A stretch of 62,794 nucleotides of DNA, counting the filler, from an uncultured Synergistales bacterium (GTDB taxonomy: Bacteria > Synergistota > Synergistia > Synergistales > Aminobacteriaceae): the NCBI GenBank assembly GCA_937897575.1. It is 7 parts of 7 records of this genome, joined end to end, with 100 filler letters (N's around TTAATTAATTAA, not from the genome) between each part and the next. Parts side by side here need not be neighbours in the genome. Positions count along the whole stretch, not along the records: positions 27,171 to 49,499 come from CALCQG010000006.1; 6 more parts are not named here. One strand, written 5' to 3'. The translations under genes and the position numbers were made by a program. Below, one piece after another: positions 30,007 to 40,229 of the stretch; the first letter of the stretch is position 1; each line of letters opens with the position of its first letter. The notes under the pieces were generated by a model. It made no database searches and was not told the origin of the DNA. It saw nothing but the letters and a program-made list of their open reading frames with translations.

Positions 30007-30873
30007 ATGGCCATTCTCGTGAACAGGGAGACGAGGGTGCTCGTCCAGGGGATCACCGGCAAGTCCGGACTCCTTCAGACCAAATCTCTCGTGGACTTCG
30101 GGACCACCGTGGTCGGCGGAGTGACGCCGGGCAAGGGCGGCACCGAGTCGGCGGGAGTGCCCGTGTTCAACTCCGTGGCGGAGGCTGTGGAGGCCGTCGC
30201 ACCGAACGCCGCCATCAGCTTCGTTCCGCCCCTCTTCGCCAGGGATGCCGCCATGGAGGCCATGGAGTCGGGCATCAAACTGCTGGTGCTCACCATGGAG
30301 GGCATCCCGAAGCACGATGTACTCGACGTCCTGGCCTACGCGAAGGGCAGGGGCATCCGAGTGCTCGGCCCCGGCACGGCGGGGATCATCTCCCCCGGCA
30401 AGTGCAAGCTGGGCGCCCACCCCTCGCGGATGTTCATCGAGGGGCATGTGGGAGTGGTCTCGAAGAGCGGCGCCCTCTCCTACGAGGTGGGGAAGACGCT
30501 GACAGATGCGGGGATAGGACAGTCCACCGTGGTGGCCCTCGGGGGAGGGCCCATCTGGGGCATGACCCACAGGGACGCCGTGGAACTCTTCAATGACGAC
30601 CCGGAGACGGAGATCATCGTCCTTCTCGGGGAGATCGGCGGAAGTACGGAGATCGCCGCCGCCGAGTACATCGCGGACCATGTCCGCAAGCCCGTCGTCT
30701 CGCTGATCGTGGGGCGGTCGGCACCCGAAGGGAAGTCCCTCGGGCATGCCGGGGCCATCATCCGGGGCAACAAGGGGACGGCGGACTCAAAGACGGCCGC
30801 CCTCCGGGAGGCCGGAGCGCACATCGCGTCGTCCCCCGCCGAGATCGTCCAACTTGTCCGGAAGCTGAGGTGA
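30007..30873 (+). CDS. sucD: Succinyl-CoA-synthetase-like alpha subunit
   Basis: VQGITG, GVTPGKGG, SKSGALSYE, GEIGG, GHAGA phospho-His motif. Confidence 0.93.
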   Translation: MAILVNRETRVLVQGITGKSGLLQTKSLVDFGTTVVGGVTPGKGGTESAGVPVFNSVAEAVEAVAPNAAISFVPPLFARDAAMEAMESGIKLLVLTMEGIPKHDVLDVLAYAKGRGIRVLGPGTAGIISPGKCKLGAHPSRMFIEGHVGVVSKSGALSYEVGKTLTDAGIGQSTVVALGGGPIWGMTHRDAVELFNDDPETEIIVLLGEIGGSTEIAAAEYIADHVRKPVVSLIVGRSAPEGKSLGHAGAIIRGNKGTADSKTAALREAGAHIASSPAEIVQLVRKLR

Positions 30874-30880
30874 AAAAGAA

Positions 30881-31114
30881 ATGGCCGTTCATGTGAACAA
30901 AAGGCTCTGCAAGGGGTGCGGGTTGTGCATGACCGTGTGCCCGAAGAACGTCTACGAGCTGTCCGACGAGGTGAACCAGAAGGGGTTCGCCGTCATCTCC
31001 GCCGTCCGGGCATCGGACTGCATCAAGTGCAAACGATGCGAGATCAACTGCCCCGACATGGCGCTCTGGATCGAGGACGACGAGACGTCGTCGAAAGAAG
31101 AATCGGCGCGCTGA
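30881..31114 (+). CDS. 2[4Fe-4S] ferredoxin (oxidoreductase delta subunit)
   Basis: CKGCGLCMTVCP and CIKCKRCEINCP. Confidence 0.93.
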   Translation: MAVHVNKRLCKGCGLCMTVCPKNVYELSDEVNQKGFAVISAVRASDCIKCKRCEINCPDMALWIEDDETSSKEESAR

Positions 31115-31140
31115 TGGGCGCGCGGGGAGGGTATGAGACG

Positions 31141-32118
31141 ATGGTACGGATCATTGGACTGAAGGACATCAAAAAAGCGGCGGAGCGGATTGCGGGGCGG
31201 GTGCATCGAACGCCGATCCTCCGGGGGGACAAGCTGGACGACCTGTTCGGGGCGGCAGTTTACTTCAAACCCGAGAACCTCCAGCGCACGGGCTCCTTCA
31301 AGATACGGGGGGCGACGAACAAGATCCTCTCCCTCTCCGATGAGGAGCGGGCGAAGGGGATCATCGCCTCGTCGTCGGGCAACCACGCCCAGGGCGTCGC
31401 CTACGCGGCGAAGGCGCTCGGCATCAAGGCGACCCTCGTCCTGCCGGAGAACGCCCCCAAGGCGAAGATCGAGGGCACGAGAAGCCTCGGGGCCGAGGTG
31501 GTCCTCTACGGCTTCGATTCGGTGCAGCGGTACAAGAAGCTCTACGAGATCAAGGCCGAGAAGGGGTACACCCTCGTCCACTCCTTCGACGACCCCGAGC
31601 TCATCGCGGGGCAGGGCACGTCTGGCCTTGAGATCATGGAGGACCTTCCCGACGTGGACACGGTGGTGGTTCCCCTCGGCGGCGGCGGTCTGCTCGCCGG
31701 CGTGGCGGCGGCCGTGAAAGAAACCCGCCCTGGAACCCGCGTTGTCGGTGTGGAACCGGCGACCATCCAGCGATATGCCGAGAGCCGCAAGGCGGGGCAT
31801 CCGGTGGAGGTCCCCATGGGCGCGACGCTGGCCGACGGCCTCATGCTCACGAAGACGGGGGAGCACAACTACCCGCTGATCGACAAGTACGTGGACGAGA
31901 TCGTGCCGGCAACGGATGATTTCATCGTGAAAGGGCTCATGGAAATCATCTTCAGGAGCAAACTGCTCATCGAACCGTCCGCTGCCGTGGGCGTCGCCGC
32001 AGCCCTCGAAGGGAACTTCAAAGTTCGAAAGGGAGAAAAGGTCTGTTTCTTCCTCTCCGGCGGCAACATCGACCCGGACAAGCTGGCCTCCTTCATCATG
32101 AAGGGACAAAACGTATAA
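31141..32118 (+). CDS. Catabolic threonine/serine dehydratase (fold-type II PLP, no ACT domain)
   Basis: KPENLQRTGSFKIRGA, SSGNHAQG, PLGGGGL, EPSAA, LSGGN. Confidence 0.92.
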   Translation: MVRIIGLKDIKKAAERIAGRVHRTPILRGDKLDDLFGAAVYFKPENLQRTGSFKIRGATNKILSLSDEERAKGIIASSSGNHAQGVAYAAKALGIKATLVLPENAPKAKIEGTRSLGAEVVLYGFDSVQRYKKLYEIKAEKGYTLVHSFDDPELIAGQGTSGLEIMEDLPDVDTVVVPLGGGGLLAGVAAAVKETRPGTRVVGVEPATIQRYAESRKAGHPVEVPMGATLADGLMLTKTGEHNYPLIDKYVDEIVPATDDFIVKGLMEIIFRSKLLIEPSAAVGVAAALEGNFKVRKGEKVCFFLSGGNIDPDKLASFIMKGQNV

Positions 32119-32246
32119 AGAGGGCATCGGAGAGATCAATGCCGCAAATGATCTGAAAAACGAACGGGATGTTGTCAAGTTCAGAAGAATAACGAATTAC
32201 CAACGCATGGCAACGAATATTTTCACAAGGGGAGGGCTATTCATTC

Positions 32247-33251
32247 ATGGGAAAGCAAGGTGCTATGATTAAAAAAATTGCGAGAATAACTTGTCTATTG
32301 ATGACTTTGCTCTTGGTTTTTATCAGTGCTCCCTGCTGGGCGGACTATCCTTCCAAGAACATGTCGATCATTGTCCCCACGGGAGAAGGGGGGGCCATGG
32401 ACAGGGTCATTCGAGCCGTTACTAATGTATGGAGAGACCATCTCGGAGTGAACTTTCAAAGCACGTTCCACCCCGGTGCGTCCGGAGAGGTGGGGTACAT
32501 GTTTTTCTGTAAGCGCCCTGCAGATGGCCATACGCTCCTTGCGGGGAATATCGCTCCGGAGATGATGATGTATGTGCTCCAGGAACCGGATTTCAAGTTC
32601 CCGGACGATTTCGTTTATTTCGCAAGCATGGATTCAGACCCGGCAGTACTTTGGGTGCGCAAGAACGGCCCGATTCAATCCATACAGGATCTTGTAGCCG
32701 AGGGCAAGAAAAGACCCGTGAATATTGCGACCAGCCGTTTCCCGCACCCGTCAACCCTTGCCGTTTTGCTTCTTGGAGAGGCGACCGGCGCGCAATTCAA
32801 TATTATTCCGTACGGAGGCGGGAATCCGGCTCGGACAGCGGGGCTCACCGGAGAAGTGGATGCCGTGACCACGTTCCTTTCCTCCTCTTTGGATTTTACT
32901 TCTGAGATCAACTTTATCGTAATGTTCCAAAACGAAAATAAATGGAAGGATATTTCGCAGCATGCCCCTACTCCCCAGGAAGCGTTGGGGGTGACGATTC
33001 CGGAGTTCGGAGGTAACCGTGCATGGGCGGTATCCAGAGAATTTAAGGACAAGAATCCTGCGGAATATGAAAAACTGGTCTCTTCGTTTAAAAGCGCTTT
33101 TGAGGACCCGAAATTGCAGGAAGAATGGAAGAAGGTAGGGATGGATCCCCAGTTTCTGGAATTTAGAGACGAGGAGGAGAGCACGAAGTTGGCATTCGAG
33201 ATAATCGAAACGGCAAAGAAGTATCAAGAAATCCTGAAAGGGAAAAAATAG
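32247..33251 (+). CDS. Tripartite tricarboxylate transporter substrate-binding protein (TctC/Bug)
   Basis: Signal peptide, YPSK...IVPTGEGGAMD, PGASG, PADGHTL, IPYGGG. Confidence 0.92.
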   Translation: MGKQGAMIKKIARITCLLMTLLLVFISAPCWADYPSKNMSIIVPTGEGGAMDRVIRAVTNVWRDHLGVNFQSTFHPGASGEVGYMFFCKRPADGHTLLAGNIAPEMMMYVLQEPDFKFPDDFVYFASMDSDPAVLWVRKNGPIQSIQDLVAEGKKRPVNIATSRFPHPSTLAVLLLGEATGAQFNIIPYGGGNPARTAGLTGEVDAVTTFLSSSLDFTSEINFIVMFQNENKWKDISQHAPTPQEALGVTIPEFGGNRAWAVSREFKDKNPAEYEKLVSSFKSAFEDPKLQEEWKKVGMDPQFLEFRDEEESTKLAFEIIETAKKYQEILKGKK

Positions 33252-33394
33252 CGCAGCAGAGGGTATGGACAGCAATCTATAATCACCTCGATATAAAAAA
33301 AGAATTCCGATAACCGGAACGATGGCGCACAATAGCACGGATGCGTACCCTTCTATCGTTCCGGTTTCACATTGAAGTACGCAAGAGGGAGGAA

Positions 33395-33892
33395 ATGATG
33401 GCCAAGAAATCAGTGCAATGGGCACCAGGTGACCTTCTCGTCCCCGGATTGGGAATGCTCCTCGGATTGTATTATTTATATACAGTAAGAGGGTTACCGT
33501 TTCTGGCCCAATTTTATGGAGGGGCATTGAGTATAATCTGTATACTGCTTTTCCTTGTGGCGTTTTTCATGGTTCTGTTAAAAAATAAGGGTAAGTTTCT
33601 CTCTGTAAAACTCACTGATAAATTAGCGTCTATTGCAGTCACTTATAAAAACCTCATTATACTCACAGCTTTCACCGCGCTTTTCATAGCGTTGATATCG
33701 ATCGTCGGATACTTCGTAGCAAGTTTCTTCTTCGTGGTCATAACCACCAGCTATCTTCGATATGGCGATCTTAAGAAAAACATGAAGGTCGGCCTTATCG
33801 TCACGCTCGTTGGTTTTGTGCTCTTCTTCCTTTTCTTAAAGGTAGACCTGCCCCTTGATTTTATTACGGCTAAAGTGAAGGGGGTTTTTTAA
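33395..33892 (+). CDS. TctB family small membrane subunit
   Basis: Four to five hydrophobic helices, ends FLKVDLP; lies between TctC and TctA. Confidence 0.85.
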   Translation: MMAKKSVQWAPGDLLVPGLGMLLGLYYLYTVRGLPFLAQFYGGALSIICILLFLVAFFMVLLKNKGKFLSVKLTDKLASIAVTYKNLIILTAFTALFIALISIVGYFVASFFFVVITTSYLRYGDLKKNMKVGLIVTLVGFVLFFLFLKVDLPLDFITAKVKGVF

Positions 33893-33893
33893 G

Positions 33894-35393
33894 ATGTGGG
33901 AGATGACGCTCAATTCTCTGAGCCAGGTGATGAGCTCTTGGTGGCTCATCCCGTTGGGTGTTGCACTGGGAATTTTCGTAGGAGCTGTCCCTGGGTTTAG
34001 TTCGACGAATGTGCTCATTATTCTCCTCCCCTTTACTCTCGGAATGGAAACCGGCCCGGCCATGGCCTTCATGTCCAGCCTCTACTCCGGGTCGCATATG
34101 GGCGGCTCAATTCCCGCTGTCCTTTTCAATGTGCCAGGAACGGGCGCTGCAGCCGCAACCTGCTTTGACGGCTACCCCATGACCCAACAGGGGAGAGGGC
34201 AAGAAGCTCTCGCGATCGCTTTCGTCGCATCCGCCATTGGGGGCCTTTTTACCACGGTTATCACTTATGGCGCTCTTCCCTACCTCTCCAAGATGGTGTA
34301 TTACTTCGGGAGCATCGAGAATTTCATAATAATTCTTTTCGGTGTCGCCCTTATTGGTCAAATTACAGGAGAGAGCGCTTTGAAGGGGCTGATGGCAGGG
34401 ATGTTCGGCCTTCTTCTCGGAGCAATCGGGTATGACCATGTATATAGTGTTCCCCGAGCGACATTCGATATCGTGTACCTTTTTGACGGAGTGCCGCGTA
34501 TTCCTGCCATAGTGGGTCTTTTCGCGATTTCAGAGGCGATGAGGATGATAGAAAAGGATACCATCATCGATGCCTCTCAGCTTTCAACCTCTCTCAAAGA
34601 GGGATGGCAGGGCACCTTGAGAGGTATAAGAGTTTCTTTTCAAAAGATCGGAGCGATTATCAGGTCGTCTCTGATCGGTTTCGTGGTGGGAATCATCCCT
34701 GGTGCTGGCGCCACCATAGGAAGCTTCGTAAGTTATCAGCAAGCCATGGTCTTTTCAAAGGATAAAGATCAGTTTGGCAAAGGGGCTCCAGAGGGCGTCA
34801 TTGCGTCCGAAGCCGCAAACAACGGGCTCACAAGCGGAACGCTCATTCCTCTTTTGACGCTCGGGATCCCAGGCGGTGGCACTGCCGCAGTTATGCTCAT
34901 CGTGCTTCAGACTCATGGAGTCCCCGTAGGCCCCAGATTGTTTCAGGTGATGCCTCATCTGGCCTATGAAGTCGTGATGGCCATGCTGTTGGCTTATATC
35001 GTCATGGTTATCATCGGTGTTCCCCTAGCCAAGTCTCTTGCAAGAATGTCCTTTTTCCCAACCAAGGCATTGGCTCCGACGATCATCTCTTTTACGCTCA
35101 TCGGATCTTTTGTCGCAAGAGGTTATCTCTTTGACATGTGGGTCGCCCTGTTCTTCGGAGTGCTTGGGTATATTTTAAAACGCACGGGATACTCCCCTCA
35201 CGCCATCCTTATAGGGGTAATCCTTGGTCCAATGGCAGAACAGTATTTTCTGCGATCGATGCTTCTTGGCAATGGGAATCTGTCGATTCTTTTCTCCCGG
35301 CCGCTGGGAAATTTCCTCTGGGTTCTCCTGGTGATGTCCATGGTATTGCCGACATTGACGAATTTCCTACGTTCCAGGAGGGCATCTCGGTAA
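33894..35393 (+). CDS. TctA family permease
   Basis: VGAVPG, GGSIPAVLFNVPGT, DGYPM, GIIPGAG, EAANN, LTLGIPG. Confidence 0.95.
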   Translation: MWEMTLNSLSQVMSSWWLIPLGVALGIFVGAVPGFSSTNVLIILLPFTLGMETGPAMAFMSSLYSGSHMGGSIPAVLFNVPGTGAAAATCFDGYPMTQQGRGQEALAIAFVASAIGGLFTTVITYGALPYLSKMVYYFGSIENFIIILFGVALIGQITGESALKGLMAGMFGLLLGAIGYDHVYSVPRATFDIVYLFDGVPRIPAIVGLFAISEAMRMIEKDTIIDASQLSTSLKEGWQGTLRGIRVSFQKIGAIIRSSLIGFVVGIIPGAGATIGSFVSYQQAMVFSKDKDQFGKGAPEGVIASEAANNGLTSGTLIPLLTLGIPGGGTAAVMLIVLQTHGVPVGPRLFQVMPHLAYEVVMAMLLAYIVMVIIGVPLAKSLARMSFFPTKALAPTIISFTLIGSFVARGYLFDMWVALFFGVLGYILKRTGYSPHAILIGVILGPMAEQYFLRSMLLGNGNLSILFSRPLGNFLWVLLVMSMVLPTLTNFLRSRRASR

Positions 35394-35432
35394 CAGATAG
35401 GAACTATAGATTGTCTTTTAGGAGGAGGTCAT

Positions 35433-36584
35433 ATGTTACTTAGTGATCATAGAGAACACAGGAAAAATGTTCGTCTGATCAGCAGAACGAAGATAGCCTC
35501 AGTCGGAGCGGGGCAGATTATTGTCGACAAGGGAACGGCGTATATCGCTCATTTATGCGACGAAGGGGTCACGTTGGTAGACGTGCGAAACCCGTATGCA
35601 CCCAAAGTGCTTAGTAAGATTGGAGCGCCTCTGAAAGGGCATTCCCATAAAGTTCAAGTCAGCGGAAATATTATGATAGTCAATAACGAGCGGTATAAAC
35701 AGTATCAGCCGTGGGTCGCCGGCGTTCGGATCTACGACGTATCGTCTCGTGACAACCCCACTGAGATTGGTTTTTTCGAAACAAAAGGCAAGGGTGTCCA
35801 TCGTATGTGGTTCGTCGACGGTCAATTCGCTCATATAACCGCTACGGCGGAGGGGTATACGGATCAGATATATATGGTTCTCGATCTTAGCGACCCCCGT
35901 AACCCTCAAGAATATTCCCGGTGGTGGATGCCGGGAATGTGGCATGGCGGGGGCGAACAACCTTCGTGGCCAGATGGAGTTCGCGTCCGGGCTCATGGGC
36001 CGGCCTACGTTTGCGGCAATAGAGTGTATTTGGGTTGGACGGACGGAGGGTTCACTATACTTGATATCACTGATCTCAAGAACCCGCAATTGATAGCGAA
36101 GTTTAATTGCTGTCCTCCCTTCGGTGGACTTACGCACACGGTTTTGCCTTTACCGCAAAGAGAGTTGTTGGTGGTGTCCGACGAAGCCCATGCCGATCTC
36201 TGCGATGAGCCCGAGAAATACGTATGGCTTTTTGATGTGAGGAACGAAAGAAACCCCATTCCTGTTTCCACGGTGCAGGTGGAGGATAGGGGATTTTGCG
36301 AAAAAGGAGGACGATTCGGACCTCATAATGTGCATGAAAATCGTCCTGGAAGCTTAATTGATGATCAGCTTATCTATATCGCCTATTTCAATGGAGGATT
36401 ACGTATCGTCGACATCGCCAATAAATATCGCCCCGAAGAGGTTGGGTATTTTATTCCCGAATGTCCTGCGGGACAAAAAGCCGTCCAGACCAATGACGTT
36501 TTTGTGGATTCTGACGGTTTGATTTATATCGTGGACCGCCTTGACGGGACAATGTATGTGCTTGAATACACGGGACCGCGATAA
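35433..36584 (+). CDS. LVIVD-repeat beta-propeller protein, His-rich, no signal peptide
   Basis: Repeats GVTLVDVRNP, GVRIYDVS, MVLDLSDP, GFTILDITD, GLRIVDIA; AGGAGG RBS. Confidence 0.85.
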   Translation: MLLSDHREHRKNVRLISRTKIASVGAGQIIVDKGTAYIAHLCDEGVTLVDVRNPYAPKVLSKIGAPLKGHSHKVQVSGNIMIVNNERYKQYQPWVAGVRIYDVSSRDNPTEIGFFETKGKGVHRMWFVDGQFAHITATAEGYTDQIYMVLDLSDPRNPQEYSRWWMPGMWHGGGEQPSWPDGVRVRAHGPAYVCGNRVYLGWTDGGFTILDITDLKNPQLIAKFNCCPPFGGLTHTVLPLPQRELLVVSDEAHADLCDEPEKYVWLFDVRNERNPIPVSTVQVEDRGFCEKGGRFGPHNVHENRPGSLIDDQLIYIAYFNGGLRIVDIANKYRPEEVGYFIPECPAGQKAVQTNDVFVDSDGLIYIVDRLDGTMYVLEYTGPR

Positions 36585-36950
36585 GGTTCCCCTTGTTTGG
36601 GTATGGCAATAAAAGATCCGTTTTGCTCAACAAGACACCGATTAAAAGTTGTGAACACACATTTATGTTTTGGGGAATCCAAGCCGTAGTCATGCTGTAC
36701 CTGTGACACGTGATCGCGATGTATTTTTTCGAAGGATATATTCCCTGAAGTGTTATGTGCTCTTCAGATAGTAATCGGGAATTTCACAGGTCGAAATGCT
36801 CGCATCGCAACCTGCCTGAATAGTACGGAGCTTGTCTCGATTCGACAGCATGCATGTTAAACCGCTTCACTGAGGACACATGTCTCTTATCGAGGTATAA
36901 TGCATGATATATTCGCCGAAGTTTACCGTCTTTATGAAGGGGGATTCGGA

Positions 36951-38927
36951 ATGGCGGAACAGACTGTTCAGACCGAGCAAGAACTTCTCGAACAGGGAGA
37001 AAAGGTCCTCAGGAAAGCCTCGAAGGAGAACAGATACAGGACAAATCTTGATCCGATGTGGTCCTACGCCGTGGTCTTTCTCTCCTGCGTCTTTGTCCTC
37101 TATCACCTGGTCACATCGCGGTACGGCATGCCCCCCATGTTCAAACACAGGGCTGTGCACCTGGCGTTTATCCTGTGCCTGACATGGCTCTACTACCCGG
37201 CGGGGAAAGGGTCCCCCTTCAATCGTCCCAGCGCCCTCGACATGGTTCTTATTGCCGCCTCCATCGCGGTGAACGTCTACACCGTTTTTAACGTGGACGC
37301 TTTCGCCCTTCGCGGAGGCGTGGCTCTGCCAAGAGACTACGTCTTCGGGGCTGTGGCGATCGTCCTTGTGCTGGAGGCCTGCCGGCGCGTCGCCGGGCGA
37401 GGTCTCTTCGTCCTGGCCATTCTGTTCCTTCTGTATGCCTGGCTTGGGGAGTACATGCCGGGTATCCTGTCTCACCGAGGGTACTCCTACCAGAGGGTCA
37501 TCTACCAGATGTACCTCACCACTGAGGGCATCTACGGACTTCCCGTGGGGATCGCCGCAACGTATCTCGTGCTGTTCATCGTGTTCTCGTCCCTCCTCGA
37601 GAAGAGCGGGTTGGGGACCCTGTTCAACGATGTCGCCATGGTTCTGGGAGGCGGTCTCGTGGGAGGCCCCGCCAAAGTGGCGGTCATCGGCAGCGCCCTT
37701 GTGGGGACCATAAGCGGCAGCGCGGCGACGAACGTCGCGACGTCCGGGGCGTTCACCATACCCTTGATGAAAAAAGTGGGGTACAAGCCCTATTTCGCCG
37801 GCGCCGTCGAGGCGGCGGCCTCCACGGGCGGACAGATCATGCCGCCCATCATGGGGACGGGCGCCTTCATCATGGCCGAGTTTCTCGGCGTCCGGTATAT
37901 CTCCATCGCCGCGGCGGCAGTCATCCCGGCCATCCTCTATTTCGCCGGGGTGTACTTCCAGGTGGACCTCAGGGCGAGAAAGATCGGCCTCAGGGGCGTT
38001 TCCAAAGAGGAGATGCCCGACGCGAAAAAGACCATCGCCCGGTACGGGCACATGTTCATCCCCATCATCATCCTCGTGGTCCTGCTCATGCGGGGCTTCA
38101 CACCGCTCTACTCGGCGTTCTACTGCATCATCGTCACCTGGGCGCTCTCCTTCCTCCGGAAGGAGACGCGGATGGGGCCCAAGAAACTCATCGACCTTTC
38201 AGTAGTGTCGGCCCGGTCGTGCATCAGCCTCAGCGTGGCCATGGCCACCGCTGGGTTCGTCATGGCGGTGCTCTCCATGACAGGCATCGGCATCATCCTG
38301 GCCGATAACATCGTCGCCCTGTCCTACGGAAAACTCTTCCTCACCCTGATCCTGTGCATGGTGGTGTGCATCATCCTCGGCATGGGGCTCCCCACGAGCG
38401 CGTGCTACATCATCGCCGCCACCATCGCCATCCCCATCCTGAACGAGTTCAAGATCCCCGGCCTCCAGTCCCACTTCTTCGTCTTCTACTTCTCCTGCCT
38501 GTCCACCGTGACGCCTCCTGTCGCCCTGGCGTCCTACGTGGCGGCGGGCATGTCGGGGGCGACCACGAACGAAGTGGGGTGGGCGGCGTTCAAACTCGCC
38601 CTCGCCGGGTTCATCGTGCCGTTCTTCTTCATCTATTCGCCGGCCATGCTCCTCGTGGCCGACAGCACCATGACCATCGCGTGGAGCGTCGTGACGGGGC
38701 TCATCGGTACGGCGCTTCTTGCAGTCGCCGCGGAGGGGTATCTCACGGTTCATCTGCCCTTCGTTCTCCGAGTCATGTTCTTCGCCGCCGCCGTGACACT
38801 CATCATGCCGGGTCTGGCCACGGACCTTGCGGGATTCGCCATCTGTGTCGCAGCGTTCGGCTGGATTTACTACCTGAGACGAAACAAGGGGGTGGAACAA
38901 GAGAAATCCGCGATATCGGGGAAATAG
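36951..38927 (+). CDS. TRAP transporter fused 4TM/12TM permease (TAXI type)
   Basis: EGIYG, GGPAKVAV, ISGSA..NV, EAAASTGGQIMPPIMG, LGMGLPT, TPPVA; promoter-like AGGACA-N17-TATAAT at 36873-36901. Confidence 0.95.
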   Translation: MAEQTVQTEQELLEQGEKVLRKASKENRYRTNLDPMWSYAVVFLSCVFVLYHLVTSRYGMPPMFKHRAVHLAFILCLTWLYYPAGKGSPFNRPSALDMVLIAASIAVNVYTVFNVDAFALRGGVALPRDYVFGAVAIVLVLEACRRVAGRGLFVLAILFLLYAWLGEYMPGILSHRGYSYQRVIYQMYLTTEGIYGLPVGIAATYLVLFIVFSSLLEKSGLGTLFNDVAMVLGGGLVGGPAKVAVIGSALVGTISGSAATNVATSGAFTIPLMKKVGYKPYFAGAVEAAASTGGQIMPPIMGTGAFIMAEFLGVRYISIAAAAVIPAILYFAGVYFQVDLRARKIGLRGVSKEEMPDAKKTIARYGHMFIPIIILVVLLMRGFTPLYSAFYCIIVTWALSFLRKETRMGPKKLIDLSVVSARSCISLSVAMATAGFVMAVLSMTGIGIILADNIVALSYGKLFLTLILCMVVCIILGMGLPTSACYIIAATIAIPILNEFKIPGLQSHFFVFYFSCLSTVTPPVALASYVAAGMSGATTNEVGWAAFKLALAGFIVPFFFIYSPAMLLVADSTMTIAWSVVTGLIGTALLAVAAEGYLTVHLPFVLRVMFFAAAVTLIMPGLATDLAGFAICVAAFGWIYYLRRNKGVEQEKSAISGK

Positions 38928-39036
38928 CGGAGGACAGACAGTTTGAAAAAGCGGAGCAAGAAGTTATTCTTGTCGATTGCCTTTGGCTTCGGCAAAATAC
39001 AATCCGGGCACGATGCCCGAAGGAGGGGAATCATTG

Positions 39037-40008
39037 ATGAAGCGGAATAAGAGAGTTTTCGCTGCAATGTTGACCATTGGTGCGCTCCTTCTGTTTTCCG
39101 GCAGTGCGTTCGCCGTGACGCACATCACCATGGGAACCGCCGGTGTCGGCGGAATGAACTATCCCGTCGGCATGGCCATGGCGAAAATCTGGAACGCTAA
39201 CATTCCGGATGTCAAAGCCGTTGCCATAGCAACCGCCGGAGCGGTGCAGAACATCGACATGATCCGGACGAAGGACATCGAAGTGGCCGTATGTCGGGCG
39301 AACGAGGCCTACAGGGCACTCAACGGCCTCGAGAAGTACAAGGACAAACCCCATACGTGGCTTCGGGCGCTGACCGGCGGCGTCATGTTCGATGCGAAAC
39401 AGGTTCTGGCGCTGAAGGACAAGGGAATAAACTCCATCTCGGACTTCCGCGGGAAGAGAGTTGCGGTGGGCCCCGTGGGCAGCGGCGGCGAGCTTGACGC
39501 CCGCGAAATCCTCGCGGCATACGGTCTGACCTACAACGACATCACCCCGGAGTACATCGAGGCGAGCCAGGCGACGGACATGATGTCCGACGGCCTCATC
39601 GAGGGCGCCATTCTTGGTTTCACCCCGGGCGCGTCGGCCATCAGCGAGCTCATGATCACGAACAAGGTCGTCATCCTCCCCATCGACGCCGCCGGCTTGG
39701 AGAGCCTGAAGAAGATCAACCCCCACGTGAGCCGAAGGGTCCTTCCCGCCGACACATACCCCAACCAGTTCTATGAAGTGGAGACCTGCGGCGACCCGGC
39801 GGACCTCATCATCACGAGGGAGGATGTCCCCGAGGAGCTCGTCTACCAGATGACGAAGTCTCTCTACGAGCACAAGGAAGACGTTCAGGCCGTGGCAGCG
39901 GCGGTCCGGCAGTTCGGTCCCGGGCTCGTCGCCCCGCCGGAAGAGATGCTCATCCCCTACCACCCAGGCGCGCTGCGTTACTTCAAGGAGGCAGGAATAC
40001 TGAAGTAA
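39037..40008 (+). CDS. TAXI family TRAP solute-binding protein
   Basis: Signal peptide, MGTAGVGGMNYPVG, GAVQN, GPVGSG, IPYHPGALRYFKEAG. Confidence 0.95.
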   Translation: MKRNKRVFAAMLTIGALLLFSGSAFAVTHITMGTAGVGGMNYPVGMAMAKIWNANIPDVKAVAIATAGAVQNIDMIRTKDIEVAVCRANEAYRALNGLEKYKDKPHTWLRALTGGVMFDAKQVLALKDKGINSISDFRGKRVAVGPVGSGGELDAREILAAYGLTYNDITPEYIEASQATDMMSDGLIEGAILGFTPGASAISELMITNKVVILPIDAAGLESLKKINPHVSRRVLPADTYPNQFYEVETCGDPADLIITREDVPEELVYQMTKSLYEHKEDVQAVAAAVRQFGPGLVAPPEEMLIPYHPGALRYFKEAGILK

Positions 40009-40047
40009 ATTTCTCCGCTTCATAAACATCGCAGGTATGTGCTATTC

Positions 40048-40090
40048 GGAGGGGGCGAGAGATATTCGTCCCCTCCTCGTTATGTTTTGT
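40048..40090 (+). terminator. Probable terminator hairpin after the TAXI gene
   Basis: GGAGGGGGCGA...TCGTCCCCTCC stem followed by a T-rich tail. Confidence 0.5.
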
Positions 40091-40229
40091 CCGGTTACGT
40101 GAGGGAGTTAGAAAACGGGAGACCAAGAGTAAAAATCCACTTTGGTTAATGCTCGTGTAGCAAGCTGGACAGTGACATAGTTATGAAAAGAAGACTTGCG
40201 AAAACGGATACAGAAACATTATCACAGAG

